Source of the DNA: Eledone cirrhosa
Lineage: Eukaryota
Length of the DNA: 64,000 nucleotides
Direction of reading: 5' to 3'
NCBI GenBank assembly: GCA_964016885.1
Contig: OZ024740.1
Location: forward strand, 230,330,001 to 230,394,000
Shown: in pieces, positions 15,110-29,189 of the stretch
Position numbering within the stretch: the first letter of the stretch is position 1
Layout of the letters: every line of letters begins with the position of its first letter
The notes under the pieces: generated by a model
Seen by the model: only the letters and a program-made list of their open reading frames with translations
Databases searched by the model: none
What the model was told of the DNA's origin: nothing
Position numbers and translations under genes: made by a program

Positions 15110-15613
15110 TCAACAACTATGTTACCTTCAATTACTAAAGGGGTTCTACAAGAATCACTCTTTTTCGCCAAGTAATTCTCATAAACTACCAAAGACGAAT
15201 CCAACATCACAATGCACGCTAGAACACCTTTGATGACAACATATGGGTTTTATAATACTCTCCACAACCGAGGTAAGTGATCTGATAGGACTTCATACTC
15301 AACCATATACACACACAATCTCCCTTCATCAAAATAGGAGTTTATCCTGGTCCCCATAAAGATGAATCCCTGATCCACAAAATCAGTAAAAAAAAAAAAA
15401 GAAAATTCACCGTTTTACTTAGACATCACCATCAGCATAAACTTCAAAGACTAGACTTCCAAGACCACACCCTATATATTACAAACTACCAAAACATAAA
15501 ACCTGATGAAGCCTTACAATGCATACCTTAGCTAAATACACACCTGCCATCATTTAAAATATGCTCCAAAATATTTGTAGATATATGTGCAAGTTTGTAC
15601 CTCTGGTACATGC

Positions 15614-15647
<34 letters not shown>

Positions 15648-16560
15648 TTAATACAAACACATGTATATACAAATATATGTGTAAATTTGTGTGCAAGTAT
15701 GTTTATTTGTGGCTAAGACCAGATGTGATCATGTTGTTGTGAGTTTTATTGTGTATCTTAGTTCAATATCATCTCAATATCATCTCATTCCACCTAACCT
15801 ACGTGGGTTTTCATACTCACATCCACACCTCTACCCTAACACTAACACCATAATACCCATATAGTTACCCTTAAAACTTACAAGCTAATGGCCCATTAAA
15901 ACAACTCCCTATGTATATTTTTTAGTATTTTTAATAATTTACAGTATTTATTTTATCTATATGTCCATTCATATATATTCATTCATATGACCATCCCTGT
16001 CGAAAGTCTTCCACAAACGAATACCTATAGTTTGTTGTCCGGCCTTCATACTCGTAACTCAACCTCTCTTCATTGATCTACAAAATCATCTGCTTACCCT
16101 CCACTCACATGACCCAGAAAATCTAGACAAACCCCAACTCTCCAAACCGCAATCTCCCCTTAACCTTACCACTCTATCAGTAATCCACAACCTGCAACAC
16201 TCCACCTAACAGTTCAATTCTAGTCACAATTACCATTTCCAATATTCCACAGAGAAGACTGTATTTCATATAGATAGAGCTTGAAATAGATCGTCTAAAG
16301 ATGGTGAGATTTTAATGGTATTCAGTATTAAAGGCACACAAAGGTAACGAGATCAGAATCTTTCAACACATATTACCACTTTCACCAGTTTCTCTTAACA
16401 GTTTCGAAGCCCAGTTCATCACCAGATTTAACATATGCAACAGAAACAACAAACCTATCCGAAAAAGATACCATCGTCATTCCTGATGAACTAATAAAAC
16501 GTGAGTCGAAACAAGGAATTCAGCCAGAGAACGACAGTTCAAATATAATATATAAACCCT
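15110..16560 (+). mobile_element. Highly decayed Penelope-like element
   Basis: Fragments ITMHAR, EVSDLIGL and LDITISINFK resemble PLE RT motifs. It ends with a degenerate hammerhead ATTC-CTGATGA-ACT..AGTC-GAAAC..GAAT at ~16479-16520. Confidence 0.5.
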
Positions 16561-16634
16561 ACACATTAATAAACTTTAAATCTAGTTTTCTTTGTGTTTT
16601 TTTAAATGTTTAACTGAAAACATCTAATACATAA

Positions 16635-16689
<55 letters not shown>

Positions 16690-16800
16690 CGTGTGTATGT
16701 ATGTGAGTGTGTGAGTCTGTGTATGTATGTGTATATATAAACATGTATATATACATACAAACATTCACACACACACAAATATATATATATATATATAATA

Positions 16801-16992
16801 AAGGAATTGTGGTAAGGAACCAGATGGACCATAACGCACCAGAGTACTCAATACTTAGGGTAGTAGAGTGGGAAATAGGAAAAAGTATGACCCCGACGGC
16901 AGAGCTCAAGCCGTTTCGACGGCTATTTCTGGACGAGTCCAGAAATAGCCGTCGAAACGGCTTGAGCTCTGCCGTCGGGGGTCATACTTTTT

Positions 16993-16997
<5 letters not shown>
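16801..16997. mobile_element. Asymmetric palindromic PLE-derived element
   Basis: ~60-bp arms (16875-16934 / 16937-16997) around a 2-nt centre, plus a 75-bp one-sided extension. Flanked by (TA)n. Confidence 0.8.
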
Positions 16998-17026
<29 letters not shown>

Positions 17027-17040
17027 TTTTAATATAGATA

Positions 17041-17091
17041 AGATTCTACAGGACTAGAACTGTTTCATTCTTTAGAAATCATCAGGAATCT
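17041..17091 (-). ncRNA. Type I hammerhead ribozyme motif
   Basis: RC reads AGATTC-CTGATGA-TTTC-TAAA-GAAT-GAAA-CAG-TTCTAGTC-CTG-TA-GAATCT: 6-bp helix I, GUA triplet, near-palindromic helix III. Confidence 0.82.
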
Positions 17092-17218
17092 GGCTTTCCA
17101 AAATAAATTTAGGCCTAGAGAATTCTATAAACCAGTTCAAAATATTGGGTGCCTATCATATCATTATTGTCATGTTTCTCTTAAGCTAAATTCCAGGTGT
17201 CAACAGACACATTCACAT

Positions 17219-17260
<42 letters not shown>

Positions 17261-17262
17261 GT

Positions 17263-17371
<109 letters not shown>

Positions 17372-17410
17372 AACATATGTACACATATATATACACACAC
17401 ACATACACAT

Positions 17411-17499
<89 letters not shown>

Positions 17500-17544
17500 A
17501 ACATATATATAATAATAAAATGTGGAGAGGAGGCACGCGAGTTA

Positions 17545-17580
<36 letters not shown>

Positions 17581-17775
17581 ACAGGGAGAAAGAGACGATT
17601 ATGAGGAAGAAAAATTTTTTTTTTCCTTTTTTGTTTCTCTCTCTCTCTCTCTTTTCTGGGTTAGAAAATGATTAAAACGAAATGTTTTACTTTGTGTGAA
17701 GTGTTAAGGTATTAGTTGATTTATTTATTATTTAACAACGCCATTTATTTATCTATTTATATATTTAATTATTGT

Positions 17776-17810
17776 CTATTACCGGTTTCAGCATTTATAT
17801 GCATTATCAA

Positions 17811-17813
<3 letters not shown>
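17776..17813 (-). ncRNA. Minimal hammerhead motif, U3:A8 variant (helix I truncated)
   Basis: RC reads GAT-TTGATAA-TGCA-TATAAA-TGCT-GAAA-CCGG-TA-AT, with palindromic ACCGGT. Confidence 0.5.
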
Positions 17814-17882
<69 letters not shown>

Positions 17883-18041
17883 GATAAATCTACCAAAATG
17901 TACGGTAGTGTCCAATCCGTATGAAGAACTCAATGTAATCCGAATATTATGAAAAGAGAAGATGTATTCAAAAATATTTTTTGATTAAAAATATTCAAAA
18001 ATATTTTTTGATTAAAAACACAGGAAAACAGAGTCAATATA

Positions 18042-18161
18042 AATTAATAAAAATAATGAATAAAAACAAAGAAACAGTTCCTTATATTAAAAAATTGAAT
18101 TTTTTAAATTTTTTAATATAAGGAACTGTTTCTTTGTTTTTATTCATTATTTTTATTAATT
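18042..18161. repeat. AT-rich hairpin palindrome (~55-bp arms)
   Basis: AATTAATAAAAATAATGAATAAAAACAAAGAAACAGTTCCTTATATTAAAAAAT and its reverse complement around a ~11-nt spacer. Confidence 0.85.
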
Positions 18162-18162
18162 C

Positions 18163-18208
<46 letters not shown>

Positions 18209-18209
18209 G

Positions 18210-18445
18210 CAAAGAGATATTTAATTTGTTGGTAATTCAACAAATTTATTTATAACAGATTCGAAGCACTCAACAAGTTTCCTGGAGTATAATATCATTG
18301 ATATTAATAAATGGAAACTATATTTACAAAACCATATTTATTTTATTATATATATTTCAAGGGTACCAAAGTTTCTGATACCCTTGAAATATATATAATA
18401 AAATAAATATGGTTTTATAAATATAGTTTCCATTTATTAATATCA
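18210..18445. mobile_element. Palindromic derivative of the 3659-3870 PLE terminus
   Basis: 18210-18366 is homologous to 3660-3835. 18299-18445 is an inverted repeat centred on AAGGGTACCA-AAGTTTC-TGATACCCTT. Confidence 0.8.
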
Positions 18446-18461
18446 TTGATATATATATATA

Positions 18462-18906
18462 TATAACAAATGTAATCTGAGTTTTTCGAATATTAATAAT
18501 TGTTTCTACTTTTGGAACAAGGCCAGCAATTACCCAGTACATTACTGGTACTTTATTTTATCGACCCCGTAAGGATGAAAGGCAAAGTTAACCTCGGCGG
18601 GATTTCGAATATTAATAATAACATTCGATTCGTTTGCAATTATGCAATACATATATATACATACATATATACACATACACATACACATATATATATATAT
18701 ATCTTTAAATTGAGGCTTGTTTGCATAATTGCAAACGAATCGAATGTTATTATTAATATTCGAAATCCCGCCGAGGTTAACTTTGCCTTTCATCCTTACG
18801 GGGTCGATAAAATAAAGTACCAGTAATGTACTGGTTAATTGCTGGCCTTGTTCCAAAAGTAGAAACAATTATTAATATTCGAAAAACTTAGATTACATTT
18901 GTTATA
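18462..18906. repeat. Inverted duplication (~185-bp arms) containing a truncated SINE
   Basis: Near-perfect inverted arms 18462-18647 / 18721-18906 give the mirror ORFs 18500+ and 18868-. The SINE fragment is flanked by a duplicated TTCGAATATTAATAAT in both arms. Confidence 0.9.
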
Positions 18907-18934
18907 TTCAACCATGTAGAGCGAAAAATTTCTT

Positions 18935-18995
18935 TTATATATATGTGTGTGTGTAGTGTGTGTGTGTGTGTATTATGTATGTATATATATCTATA

Positions 18996-19064
<69 letters not shown>

Positions 19065-19068
19065 TATG

Positions 19069-19109
<41 letters not shown>

Positions 19110-19226
19110 GTGTGTGTGTGTGTGTGTATTATGTATATATATATATATATAAGATGTCTTCAGTCTTTCACTTTATCAAGATGTCTGCCTAACTTTACCA
19201 ATACCTCACCCTCTTCCCCTCACTCA

Positions 19227-19312
<86 letters not shown>

Positions 19313-19426
19313 GTCTCTCCAGCCCACCTCTCACTTAATCCAGTCTTTATCTCTGACTGCTAGTCTCGATGTCTCTACATATATCTTACACTGCCTGTTT
19401 CTGTGTCTGGTAAACACTCTTCTTCC

Positions 19427-19468
<42 letters not shown>

Positions 19469-19509
19469 CATACAAATACACACACTCACGCACCCACCCA
19501 CCCACACAC

Positions 19510-19548
<39 letters not shown>

Positions 19549-20156
19549 CATACAAATACACACACACACATATACACACTCACGCACCCACCCACCCACA
19601 CACACACGCACGCACACACACACACACACACATGCATACACATACACACACACATATACACACCCACACACATACACACACATGCACATATACACACACA
19701 CACAGGCATACACACACACACACACATACACAGATGCATACACATACACACACACATATATATACATACTCACACAAACACAGATATACACACACATACA
19801 TGCACACATACATACACACACATGCATACACATAGACACACATGCACATACATTGCCGATGACTTTCTCATTCAGCCTGACACCTATTGCAATCTCCTCA
19901 CACACACACAAAATACACAAACACACACATACACACATGCTTTCATGCATAGACATTCACATACACACACAACACACACATATGCATGCATGCGCATACA
20001 CACAAACATACATACACACACAAATATACATAAACATACTCAAACACACACACACTCACATACACACAATCAAACATACACATACAAACGCATACACATG
20101 AAGACACACGTGCACACGCATACAACCATTATCACCTCCCCTACTGCAGACATATA

Positions 20157-20202
<46 letters not shown>

Positions 20203-21150
20203 CACATACACATACACACATACATACATACATACATACATACATACATACATACATACATACATACATTCACATATGCATGCACACACATACATACATA
20301 TATACATACATTCATACATATATGTATACACACACATATATATATACACACACACACACATACACACATAAATGCATTCATACATTCATACATATATGCA
20401 TACACACACATGTATATATACACGCACATATATATATATACACATACATTGAAACATACATACATTCATACATACATATATACATACACATACACATATA
20501 TATATATATACACACACACATACATACATACATACATACATACATACATACATACATACATACTTATATACATACATACATACATACATACATACATACA
20601 TACATACATACATACATACATACACACATACATACATACATACACACATACATACATACACACACATACACACATACATACATATACACACACATACACA
20701 CATACATACATACACACACACACACATACATACATACAAACATACATACATATACACACACATACACACACATATATATACATACATACATACACACATA
20801 CATGCATACACGCATACATACATACATACACACACATACATACATACATATACACACACATACATACATACCCACACACATATATACATATATACATACA
20901 CACATACATACATATACACACATACATACATACACACACATACACACATACATACATACATTCATACATACATACACACATACATACATATACACACGCA
21001 CATACGTACATACATACATTTACACACACATATATACATACACACATACATACATGCATACACACATACATACATACTTATATACATACATACATACATA
21101 CACACATACATACATACATACATACATACATACACATACACACACACACA

Positions 21151-21182
<32 letters not shown>

Positions 21183-21378
21183 CACACACATACACACACA
21201 CATATATACATACATACATACATACATACATACACACACACACATACATACATACACACACATACATACATACACACATACATACATACATACATACATA
21301 CATACACACACACATACATACATACATACATACATACATACATACATACATACATACATACATACATACATACATACA
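18935..21378. repeat. Compound microsatellite (GT)n/(CT)n/(CA)n/(CATA)n
   Basis: Directly visible. Confidence 0.95.
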
Positions 21379-21392
21379 TTTTTTTTTTCTAG

Positions 21393-21795
21393 GTGGCTGC
21401 CAACTCGTTTTCGAGTACGGCCACTACTTTATATCCATGTAGGAGAACCCCTACCGATGCACTGAACGAGTGTGACTTTTTAGTCCAGCCAGCGACTTGA
21501 AAACTCTGGTACAAACACTACACCTGTGACAATTATTGACACATAGTGCTGGGCCCATGGTACCATGTGATGACAAGTGCAGAGAGATCTCCAGATATAA
21601 AGCAATGCCTGTGTCGTGAAGCTTTTATAGTGAGCAAAGGCACTGCACAAAGCCAGTCCCACTCTCTTAACCAAGATGATATTTACCAAAAAGAAGAACA
21701 AGTCAACATCATTGGATACCGTCAGGGTTGCAGGTGTTATATCAGAGTTTTCCTTCTCCTAGAATTCTGCCTTGACAAAGGCTAAGGGGTCATCT
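21393..21795 (-). mobile_element. Probable RTE-clade LINE 5' UTR fragment inserted in (CATA)n
   Basis: RC contains GGCAGAATTCTAGGAGAAGGAAAACTCTGAT, which resembles a motif I recall from RTE 5' regions. No coding motif seen. Confidence 0.4.
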
Positions 21796-21800
21796 CTCCC

Positions 21801-21821
21801 ATACATACATACATACATACA

Positions 21822-21853
<32 letters not shown>

Positions 21854-22717
21854 CACACACATACATACACACACATACATACATACATACATACACACAC
21901 ACATACATACATACATACATACACAAACACACATACACACACACATACATACATACATACACACGTACATACATACATACACACACACGTATGGTGTATA
22001 AAAGTTTTAAGATTTATTCATCTCAAATATTATATGGAGCGTGAAACTAGAACACAGCAACATCTCTCTGGTGACTACAAACATATACACACTAACATAT
22101 ACACACATACATATACACACTAACATATACACACATACATATACACACTAACATATACACACATACACATACAAACATATACACACTAACATATATACAC
22201 ATACACATACAAACATATCATATATATATATATATACATATATCATATACATATATATACACACATACACATACAAACATATCATATATATATATCATAT
22301 ACTTACAAACATATATATATATATATATCATACAGATACAAAGATATCATATATATATATATATCATACACATACAAAGATATCATATATATATATATAT
22401 CATACACATACAAAGATATCATATATATATATATATCATACACATACAAAGATATCATATATATATATATATCATACACATACAAAAAAATCATATATAT
22501 ATATATATCATATACATACAAACATATCATATATATATCATATACATACAAACATATCATATATATATATATATATCGTATACATACAAACATATCATAT
22601 ATATATATATATATATATATCGTACACATACAAACATATATATATATATATCATATATATTATATATAATGTACGTATCTATTTACACACACACATTTAT
22701 ATATATATATATATGTG

Positions 22718-22754
<37 letters not shown>

Positions 22755-22867
22755 GTATGTACGCATACATATATATATACATATATATATGTGTGTGTAT
22801 GTGTGTATGTGAGGTGCGTGTGTTCGTATGTATGTATATATATATTATATATGTATGTGTACATATT

Positions 22868-22911
<44 letters not shown>

Positions 22912-23082
22912 AATGTATATATATATACGCACATATTTATATATGTATATATATGTGTATGTATATAGATATACATCATATATATTACAGTGTGTGTGTG
23001 TGTGTATGTGTGTGTGTGTGTGTGTCTGTGTATAAGAGTGTGTAGACATAAACATCTGCATATGAGTATGCCTAGAATATAT

Positions 23083-23178
<96 letters not shown>

Positions 23179-23253
23179 CCCTCTCTCTCTTTCTTTCTCA
23201 ATCTCTCTTTATAAATATATATGTTCCTATAGATACGTGTGTGCGTGTCTATG

Positions 23254-23300
<47 letters not shown>
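21801..23300. repeat. Compound micro/minisatellites (CATA, ~26-bp and ~33-bp units, TA, CT, GT)
   Basis: For example ACATACAAAGATATCATATATATATATATCATAC repeated at 22330-22630. Confidence 0.9.
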
Positions 23301-23303
<3 letters not shown>

Positions 23304-23521
23304 TAGTATATGTGAATGTTTAAAAGTGAAGGCATGCATTCATAATAAACAGGATTTTAACTGGCCAATGGTCAGTAAGTCACATGAAAGCTGCTGCTGC
23401 TGCTACTACTGCCTTTAAGAAAAACCTAAGTAAGTACAAATGAAGATTATACAAGACTTAGCTTACAAAGCATTGGCAAATTTGAAATTTGAATATATAG
23501 TCACCACATTGCAGATAACTA

Positions 23522-24073
23522 TAATAATTGTTTCTACTTTTGGCACAAGGCCATCAATTACTGGTGCTTTATTTTATCGACCCCGTAAGGATGAAAGGTA
23601 AAGTTAACCTCAGTAGGATTTGAACTCAGAACGCAAAGGGCCATAACTCTAAGCTGCAAAGCATTGTGTCTGGCGCTCTACTGATACTGCCAATCCACTG
23701 CAAATAACTATAATAATTGTTTCTACTTTTGGCATAAGGCCAGCAATTAGCGCAGTGCATTACTGGTACTTTATTTTATCGACCACGTAAGGATGAAAGG
23801 CAAAGTTAACCTCGGCGGGATTTGAACTCAGAATGGCAAGGGCCGTAACACTATGCTGCAAAGCATGGCGTCCGACCCTCTACCGATAACTGCCAATAAT
23901 TGTTTCTACTTTAGGCACAAGGCCAGCAATTATCCAGTACATTACTGGTACTTTATTTTATCGACCTCGTAAGGATGAAAGGCAAAGTTAACCTCGGCGG
24001 GATTTGAACTCAGACTGTAAAGGGACGTAACTATGTTAGAAAGCATGGTGTCCAACCCTCTACCGATACTGCC
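23522..24073 (-). mobile_element. Three head-to-tail SINE copies
   Basis: Units start AATAATTGTTTCTACTTT at ~23524, ~23713 and ~23895. The first is flanked by a duplicated TGCA(G/A)ATAACTATAATAATT. Confidence 0.88.
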
Positions 24074-24689
24074 TAATAGTCACTAACTAGAAATAATTGT
24101 CGGATATGTGATCAAATGTGCGATTAGAAAAGTACCTCATTTAAGGGTTAGTCTGCCTCATGGCTCCAGCAGAGAGAATAGGGATGTTGACCCGGCGAGA
24201 TGGCGAAGGAGACAGGTTGGAACAGCTAATCTGACTTGCAGGGCTTCATCTTGTGGGTAACCAACTCCACCCCGATAGAAGTGAGTATGGATACTAACTC
24301 GGGAGAAGAAAAAACAGGGACGTCTTTGTCCAATTTCTTTCCGTTTCGAGGAATACATTATTCGATTTATAGTTATTTGCAAATATGAAGTTTACACACA
24401 CACACACACACACAATACATACATGTGTGTATGTGTGTGTGTGTGTGTAGATCAATAGATATTTCTGAGTAGGTTTGTTTATATATTTATTTATGAATAT
24501 ACATAATGTATATCTTCTTGGTTGCATAACTCCCGATGTAGTCGTAGGGGCGCCATATTGACATACGGCGTTTCTTGGTCATTTTACGCCTGGTGGAGCC
24601 CATCTCCTTTCCAGGCTTGACTACAGCATATTTCTTCCAGAGAAGGATAGAGAAGGTGAGAGAACGGAAATGAGAAAGAGATATAGAGG

Positions 24690-24852
24690 AAGAATAAACC
24701 CCTGTACTAGTCTGGTCCTTTTTTTTATCGACCTCGAAAGGATAAAAGGCAAAGATTACCTCGGCAGGATTTGAACTCAGATATCAGAGAGCCAGAACGA
24801 ATACCACGCCGCATTCTATCCGACGTGCTAACGACTCTGCCAATTCACTACC
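24690..24852 (-). mobile_element. Older SINE copy
   Basis: Core TTTATCGACCTCGAAAGGATAAAAGGCAAAG...GATTTGAACTCAG plus a tRNA-like head. Confidence 0.75.
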
Positions 24853-25294
24853 TTTACTTATGTACATACATATATAGAATAAGTATGAGCCAATGGTTCC
24901 TTTGGTGTTTATAACAGTTTGTCGGGCTTATCATAACGTTACGCGTCAATGGAATGCTCAGCCTCTTACAATTCTTCTGTTTCTCGAGTAGGCTATTCCA
25001 TTGTTTGAATAATTGGAACATAGGTTGTCAGAACCAACCGGGGTTCAACTTATACACACACACACACACACGTGCAGACTGTAGTTGTTGTTGTTATTGA
25101 TCAAAACAGATCTATAATCAAAACCATTACAGCCGTGACTATCCCATTTATCTTTGCTCGGAGACGCTCTGTATAATTCAAGATACTTCCGTTTTCCAGA
25201 CGATCATAATAAACTCGATGATCTCCCTTTCAGCTTTATGTTTGTTGTTCCTTGAGAATCTAACCGGAAACGAAGTATACATATATAACTTGTA

Positions 25295-25862
25295 GCAGCT
25301 CAGCGCCTATGGTGGTGAGTAAGGAGGTAGCCCTGGGGCCGAGGACACCAAAAGTCTCCACTGCCAGGAGAACGACCGCAAACCTGTCGGAGAGCGACCG
25401 GTATTTGAAGAGTTTGGCCCCCTCAGCCCAACGAGCAGCAGAACCTGGGTCAGTCGCAGACTGCACCAGATTGCGGCTGCAGAAAGTATCGGTGCAAGTG
25501 GCATCCCAGACGAGGGGTTTGCCACCGCGGAACGGGAAGATAGTCATGCCATCTGGCCTTTTGCCGTCCCCTCGATCCAGCTCCACCGGCTCGAGCTGGG
25601 AAGGGAAGCCTGCAGCGTCCAAGCCATGCTTAATGACCTCGTTGAGGGCAGTATGGCGTGGAATGCGGCCGGCACTGTGGCGACAGGTAAGCGGGTGGAG
25701 GCCGAAAGAGTCCACGGTGGAACCGCAGCGACATTGGTGTGGCTGACAGATCCGGAAGCCGAGCCTCAGGGAAACGCCGATTCGCAGGCTATGGTTGTCT
25801 AGCTGCGTGCCAGTGGAGAAGGAGGGCAGGGCATGGAGCCAGGCACCACTGTGGGGTTTTGT
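25295..25862 (-). mobile_element. CRE-clade non-LTR retrotransposon 3' fragment (CCHC knuckle + restriction-like endonuclease)
   Basis: Open frame PHSGAWLHALP...LRLG...CRCGSTVDSFGLHPLTC...RHTALN...EP...DGKRPDGMTIFPF.GGKPLVWDAT...K..KY...AVETFGVLG, in a GC-rich island. Confidence 0.85.
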
Positions 25863-25903
25863 AGCATAAAATGGCGGCTTCCAGTGGGAAATAACAGTGC
25901 TTT

Positions 25904-25971
25904 AATTATTGAACCTTCTTCTCTCTGCGGAGGAAATTATTCCTCCGCAGAGAGAAGAAGGTTCAATAATT
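25904..25971. repeat. Perfect hairpin, 32-bp arms, 4-nt loop
   Basis: AATTATTGAACCTTCTTCTCTCTGCGGAGGAA-ATTA-TTCCTCCGCAGAGAGAAGAAGGTTCAATAATT. Confidence 0.92.
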
Positions 25972-26789
25972 CTCGAATATAACGGTTGTTTCTTTGTATT
26001 TTTTTTTAATATATATGCACACATACAAACACAAACATACACACATGCACTTATGTATATATGTATATATGTATATATAGTCTTTTGTTTTTTATTTGTC
26101 TATGTGCCTGTCTCTCTCTCTCTCTCGCTCTCTCTCTTTGTATATGCGTGTGTGTATGTGTATGTGTGTGTGTAAATGGGTGTATGTGTGTGTGTCTTTG
26201 TCTGTGAATGAGTGTGTGTATTTGTGTATGTGTATGTGTGTATGTGTGTGTGTATGTGTGTGTGTGTATATGTATGTGTATGTATGTGTGTCTGTATATC
26301 TGTATGTGTGTGTGTGTGTGTTTGTATCTATGTCTGTGTGTGTGTTTGTATCTATATGTCTGTGTGTCTGTGTCTGTATGTGTGTGTGTCTGTGTGTGTG
26401 TGTGTGTGTGTGTGTCTGTATGTCTGTTTGTGTATGTGTGTGTGTGTGTGTGTGTATGTCTCTGTGTGTAAGTGTGATTGTTTCGTTTGGTTGCTTCTGT
26501 TTAGATTTGTTGCTACTTTTCAGTTGTCTGAATCTATTATTCTTTTATTCTTACAATTGTTTATTCTTGTTCTGGTTTCAGTGATTAGACTGCGGTTATG
26601 CTGGGTCACTGCCTCAGGGGTGATTCTTCACTATAATATCGACCCAAGTACTTCATTCTCAAGCCTGGCACTTATTTCATCCATTTCTTTTTGTTGGACA
26701 GTTAAGTTACGCGACGTAAGCACAGACACGGGTACAAACATAAACAAACACCCACATACATAAATACATATATACATATATACATATAC

Positions 26790-26870
<81 letters not shown>

Positions 26871-27253
26871 GAGAGAGAGAAAGTAAAAAGAAAGAAAGAA
26901 AGAAAGAAAGTAAGTAAGTAAGTAAGTAAGTAAATAAGAAAAAAAGAAAGAGAGCATCGAACTTTCGAAACACTAAAGTTCATAGAAAATATAAGAAACT
27001 GAGACGCAGGAACAACTGTAAATACAGTCGGTTACTATAAATAATAACTTAGAAAATCTGGTAAAATATTCCTGTTTACTGAAAACAAAAAACCAATGGC
27101 CAGCACCAATTAGGAAAAATCGAACTTTGAAACTTTCAGAAACCGGCTGACTACTCTAACCATTGAGCTAAGAGACATCTGACAGCAATCGCTGTCCAAA
27201 TTAGAAAGCTAATTCATACAGCTTTTAAGTGTAATTTAACATTGTATGTAAAA

Positions 27254-27463
27254 CAGGCATGTCAAACTGGGGGTTCCCCGAGGGCTACATGGGTCACATA
27301 TGTGTCCTCTGAGGGCCACACACGACAACTAATTGCTCAGATTACAACTAATCTTTTTGATTTTATATTACGAAGATAAAACATGATAAAACCTTTGTGC
27401 GGGCCGCGGGTGTGCTTGTAAAGGGCCGCATGCGTCACGCAGGCCTCATGTTTGACATGCCTG
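27254..27463. mobile_element. hAT-type MITE (same family as 2060-2222)
   Basis: Perfect TIR CAGGCATGTCAAAC/GTTTGACATGCCTG and an 8-bp TSD atgtaaaa/atgtaaag. Confidence 0.88.
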
Positions 27464-27894
27464 ATGTAAAGCATCGAACTTTCGAAGTGCTGAGGGGCTA
27501 TGAAGTTCATAGAAAACACTGACCCAGTGTTTGAAATTTGAACCCAGAACGTAAAGAGTCAGAATTGAATATAGTAAAATATAGTAAAGTATTTTGTTCG
27601 ATGCTCCAAAGGGTGCAGTCCTCCTTAAGCCTACGAATGGACCTGTACATGTTAACTCGACTTGTTAGAAATAGCAGCCAATTGTCCTTTAATCTCGGTT
27701 CACCTACAACAGAATTCAACAGCAACAAAAACAAAAACAACTTCAACAACAACAAAGCAGTAACATCAACGACAACAACAACAACAATAACAACAACATG
27801 AGCAATTTACCTAACCCTATCATATCATTCCGATCGTTCGGCTGTTTTCTTTTTCTCTCATTGTCAATCATATTCTTGCCTTTGATAGCTCTCC

Positions 27895-27961
<67 letters not shown>

Positions 27962-28125
27962 CCCTCTCTCTCTCTCTCTCTCTCTCTGCCTATCTCCCTA
28001 TCTATCTATCTATCAGGCTGGCTGGCTGCCTGTCTATCTACCATCATCATTTCACAAACTGCAATGATACATCATTGCCTAATTCCGTTTATAACATTCA
28101 TTCAACCTCTCTCTCACACCATTTC

Positions 28126-28211
<86 letters not shown>

Positions 28212-28326
28212 GTCCCTGTCCCTCTCTCTCTCTCTCTCTCTCGCTCTCTCTATCTCTCTCCCTATATATATATATCTTACAGCGTTTTCCTCTAGATTCC
28301 TTTCTCTTTCCCGTATACGTATAGCC

Positions 28327-28482
28327 AGCCATATTATACATATATCATACGCATAGCCATATTATACATATATCATACGCATAGCCATATTATACATATA
28401 TCATACGCATAGCCATATTATACATATATCATACGCATAGCCATATTATACATATATCATACGCATAGCCATATTATACATA
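28327..28482. repeat. 28-bp minisatellite, ~5.5 copies
   Basis: Unit ATAGCCATATTATACATATATCATACGC. Confidence 0.92.
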
Positions 28483-28753
28483 CATCTTACACATACTCAT
28501 GTACATATATTCACCCTTCCCACCACCCCATTCTATCAGCCATATTTATCTGCACTGGTCAATACAGATCGCGTTTATACGAGACTATGAGACTCCAGCA
28601 TAATCAGCCATTGTTTGGCTCTTACACATTCTGTGCATCTATCTATCTACCTATCTCTCTCTATCTATCTATCTATCTTTCTATCTACCTATCTATCTCT
28701 ATCTATCCATCTATATATCTATATTTATCTCTCTCTTACTCTCACACTCTCTT

Positions 28754-28792
<39 letters not shown>

Positions 28793-28796
<4 letters not shown>

Positions 28797-28987
28797 ATGT
28801 ATGACCCCCACGGCAGAGCTCGTGCCGTTTCGACGGTTATTTCTGGACAGAGTCCAGAAATAGCCGTCAAAAGGGCTTGAGCTCTGCCGTCGGGGTCATA
28901 CATTTTCCTAATACCCACTCTACTACCCTAAGTATTGAGTACTCTGGTGCGTTATGGTCCATCTGGTTCCTTACCACAACTCCTTCG

Positions 28988-28988
<1 letters not shown>
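28793..28988. mobile_element. Asymmetric palindromic PLE-derived element (same family as 16801-16997, opposite orientation)
   Basis: Arms around TTCTGGAC-AGA-GTCCAGAA, long extension on the right, (TA)n on both sides. Confidence 0.8.
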
Positions 28989-29068
<80 letters not shown>

Positions 29069-29107
29069 GTTAGTTAGTTAGTTAACATATATATATATAT
29101 TTATATA

Positions 29108-29189
<82 letters not shown>

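Noticed and set aside
15500-15530. CTGATGA as another hammerhead
   Set aside because: No helix II-GAAA follows, and it lies in a decayed RT coding remnant.
19331-21465. HT/YI/CV-repeat ORFs (up to 639 aa) and similar ORFs across the window
   Set aside because: Translations of (CA)n, (CATA)n and (TA)n microsatellites.
27110-27175. tRNA gene on the minus strand (TAGCTCAATGGTTAGAG...GTTCGA)
   Set aside because: A/B-box-like motifs only, with no convincing cloverleaf. Probably a decayed SINE head.
28327-28482. 28-bp direct repeats as a CRISPR array
   Set aside because: The units are contiguous with no spacers, the context is eukaryotic and there are no cas genes.
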